Positions 61,934 to 64,000 of a stretch of 64,000 nucleotides of DNA are shown here, one piece after another. The stretch's first letter is position 1. Every line of letters begins with the position of its first letter. Position numbers and translations under genes: made by a program. This DNA is from Desulfobacterales bacterium. GTDB lineage: Bacteria; Desulfobacterota; Desulfobacteria; Desulfobacterales; UBA5616. The stretch is from contig JAWODC010000074.1 of the NCBI GenBank assembly GCA_046483495.1, positions 1-64,000 on the forward strand, written 5' to 3'. The notes under the pieces were generated by a model that saw only the letters and a list, made by a program, of their open reading frames with translations, ran no database searches and had not been told where the DNA came from.

Positions 61934-63061
61934 GTGAGAGAAGTTGTTGTGTTGGGAGCGGGGCTCCATCGATACGGGCTATTTCCGGAAACATCCATTG
62001 CGGAGTTGGGCGCCGAAGCGGTCCGGGGCGCCCTGGCGGATGCGAATATAACATGGGAGAATATCGAAACGGCTTACTGCGGCACCACCCAGCCCGGCTG
62101 GTCCGTCGGTCACCAGGTTTGCCAAACACTCGGGTTCACCGGATTGGGGATTATGAACATTGAAAACGCATCGGCCAGCGGATCGTCCGCCTTTCGTGAA
62201 GCCTATCTTTCGGTTTTATCGGGGGAGCATGACGTCGCCCTGGCGTTCGGTGTAGACAAGACCAAACCACCGAAGCTTTCCCCGTCCGGGCGGAATAAAG
62301 ACGAAAAAACCGCCAAGGCCGGCGATAAGCATTTTACCAGCCCGGTCGAGATATTTGCCGCGATAACCCGGCAGCACATGGATGCGTACGGCACCACGAT
62401 CGATCAACTGGCCCGTGTCGCCGTGAAAAACAGGCATAACGCCGCTCTGAATCCCCATGCCCAGTTTCAAAGTCCGGTAACCATAGAAGAGGTTCACCAG
62501 TCCCGAATGATTGCCGAACCGGTTACCAAGCTGCACTGCTGCCCATGGGGAGACGGAGCCGCCGCCGTGATTGTCTGTGAGAAAAAACAGGCTGAAAAAT
62601 ATACGGATAAGGTATGCCCGAGGGTGGCCGCGTCGGTGCTGAAGAGCACGATTCCGGATGAAGACCCGATGTTTTCGCTCACCCGGTTGTGCGCCCATAT
62701 CGCTTACGAACAGGCCGGCGCAGATCCGGAGGATCTGGACCTCATCGAACTGCACGATGCGTTCACCATAGAGGAAATCATCTACGCCGAGGCGCTGGGT
62801 CTATGCCCCCGGGGTGAAGGCGGACGCCTGGTTGAAACGGGTGAAACCGCCTTGACAGGAAATCATGTCATCAACAGCAGCGGCGGCCTTCTCAGTATGG
62901 GGCATCCCCTGGGTCCGACGGGCGTTGGACAAATAGCTGAAATTCTTTGGCAAATGCGGGGAGAATGTCACAAACGGCAGATCCGGAAGCCCGTCAACCT
63001 GGCCATGGCTCACATGGTGGGGGCCGGCGGCGTCTGTGCCATTCATCTGTTGAAAAAGTGA
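61934..63061 (+). CDS. SCP2/Ltp-type thiolase-family protein (nucleophile Cys replaced by Ser)
   Basis: NIENASASGS, VKNRHNA..NP.AQF, DGAAA, ELHDAF, SGGLLS.GHPLG.TG; GTG start after GAAAGG. Confidence 0.88.
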   Translation: MREVVVLGAGLHRYGLFPETSIAELGAEAVRGALADANITWENIETAYCGTTQPGWSVGHQVCQTLGFTGLGIMNIENASASGSSAFREAYLSVLSGEHDVALAFGVDKTKPPKLSPSGRNKDEKTAKAGDKHFTSPVEIFAAITRQHMDAYGTTIDQLARVAVKNRHNAALNPHAQFQSPVTIEEVHQSRMIAEPVTKLHCCPWGDGAAAVIVCEKKQAEKYTDKVCPRVAASVLKSTIPDEDPMFSLTRLCAHIAYEQAGADPEDLDLIELHDAFTIEEIIYAEALGLCPRGEGGRLVETGETALTGNHVINSSGGLLSMGHPLGPTGVGQIAEILWQMRGECHKRQIRKPVNLAMAHMVGAGGVCAIHLLKK

Positions 63062-63337
63062 TGCTGATTTAATATAATTATTTTTTCGGGCATTCTCCTC
63101 ATCCGTTCACCATCGGGATCCGAATGCCTCGATCTGCTGAACCAATGCCGTCCCGGTGACGATTCATCGGCTTGCTCCGGATTCAGGCCGATAGTGCGTT
63201 TCCGAATAAATACCGTTACAATTCTTATACGAATCTTTTTTTCAAAAAAATGAATCGTATTCACCAAATGTTTCGTTTTTCATAATTTATGAGCACATAT
63301 TACCCAAACCCACTCGTATACCCAACAGGAGATGAAC

Positions 63338-64000
63338 ATGACAGCTGCCTATGACAAAATTTGCGATGTTCTGGTGGAAGCCGGAATCGATCATGTTTTC
63401 GGAATCCCCGGTGGCGGGACCATTCCCATCTGGAACGCCCTCTATGACCGACAGGACCGCATCAAAGCGGTTCTCACCCGACACGAACAGGCCGCATCCT
63501 GTATGGCGGATATTTACGGCCGGGTCACCGGCAGACCCGCCGTCTTAATGGGCCAGGGGGCCTTTATTGCCTCGTCCGGTGGTTTCGGCATTCTCGAAGC
63601 ATACCTTTCCAATACCCCCATGCTGATTCTCACGGACACCTCGGACATGGGAACCTTCAGTCAGCATGCCAGTTACCAGTCGGGAACCGGCGAATACGGA
63701 TCTTTCGATATTCGGGACATCTTGAAGGCCATGAGCAAATTCACCACGTATGCCGTTACACCTGAAGAGGCTGTTCAGGGCATTCAACTGGCCGTGAAAC
63801 ATGCCATGGCCGGCCGCCCGGGTCCGGCCGCCGTCGTAATGCGGAGCAGTGCGATTTCCGGCGATATCGATGAAAACAGGGTTCCCAGGATCTACCCCAC
63901 GTCCGGTTACCTGAAAGGATCGTTGCCGACCGCACCACGCGAGGAGATCAAAAAGGCCGTCGGCCTTCTTTCCGAGGCAAAAACTCCCGTCATTATCGCC
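63338..64000 (+). CDS. Thiamine-diphosphate-dependent enzyme, acetolactate synthase-like (partial, runs off the right edge)
   Basis: Not in the ORF track; hand translation gives MTAAYDKICDVLVEAGIDHVFGIPGGG...TRHEQAASCMAD..GRVTGRP, later GRPGP; AGGAG RBS. Confidence 0.88.
   Translation, partial: MTAAYDKICDVLVEAGIDHVFGIPGGGTIPIWNALYDRQDRIKAVLTRHEQAASCMADIYGRVTGRPAVLMGQGAFIASSGGFGILEAYLSNTPMLILTDTSDMGTFSQHASYQSGTGEYGSFDIRDILKAMSKFTTYAVTPEEAVQGIQLAVKHAMAGRPGPAAVVMRSSAISGDIDENRVPRIYPTSGYLKGSLPTAPREEIKKAVGLLSEAKTPVIIA

Overview
Gene-dense chromosomal window, most likely from a Desulfobacterota (Desulfobacterales-like) anaerobe; this is inferred from gene content. Left to right: (1) a minus-strand rnf operon (multiheme cytochrome c, rnfC, D, G, E, A, and an rnfB fusion that runs off the left edge); (2) a radical SAM gene and the dcw cluster from mraZ to ftsZ, without ddl; (3) an orphan PilB/GspE-type ATPase with eight tandem MshEN-like motifs, a MinD/FlhG-like protein with a degenerate P-loop, an HD protein and a split purH; (4) pyrG, eno and small genes; (5) a second RnfB-flavoprotein fusion with rseC and a DRTGG gene; (6) PNP, aroK/aroE, a split UxaA-family dehydratase and two head-to-head MtaD-like deaminases; (7) a catabolic region (SDR, CMD, amidase, two acyl-CoA dehydrogenases, CoA-ligase alpha subunit, glpK, hypAB, FeS-GMC-FeS, a Cys-less thiolase-like protein and a partial TPP enzyme). 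No rRNA, tRNA, CRISPR array or transposase was recognised. Best leads: an apparently rewired Rnf complex, the orphan multi-MshEN ATPase plus pseudo-ATPase pair, an intergenic ~142-bp hairpin repeat family with miniature derivatives, and hypAB attached to a GMC/Fe-S module with no hydrogenase nearby. All calls are by eye from motifs; no database searches were run.
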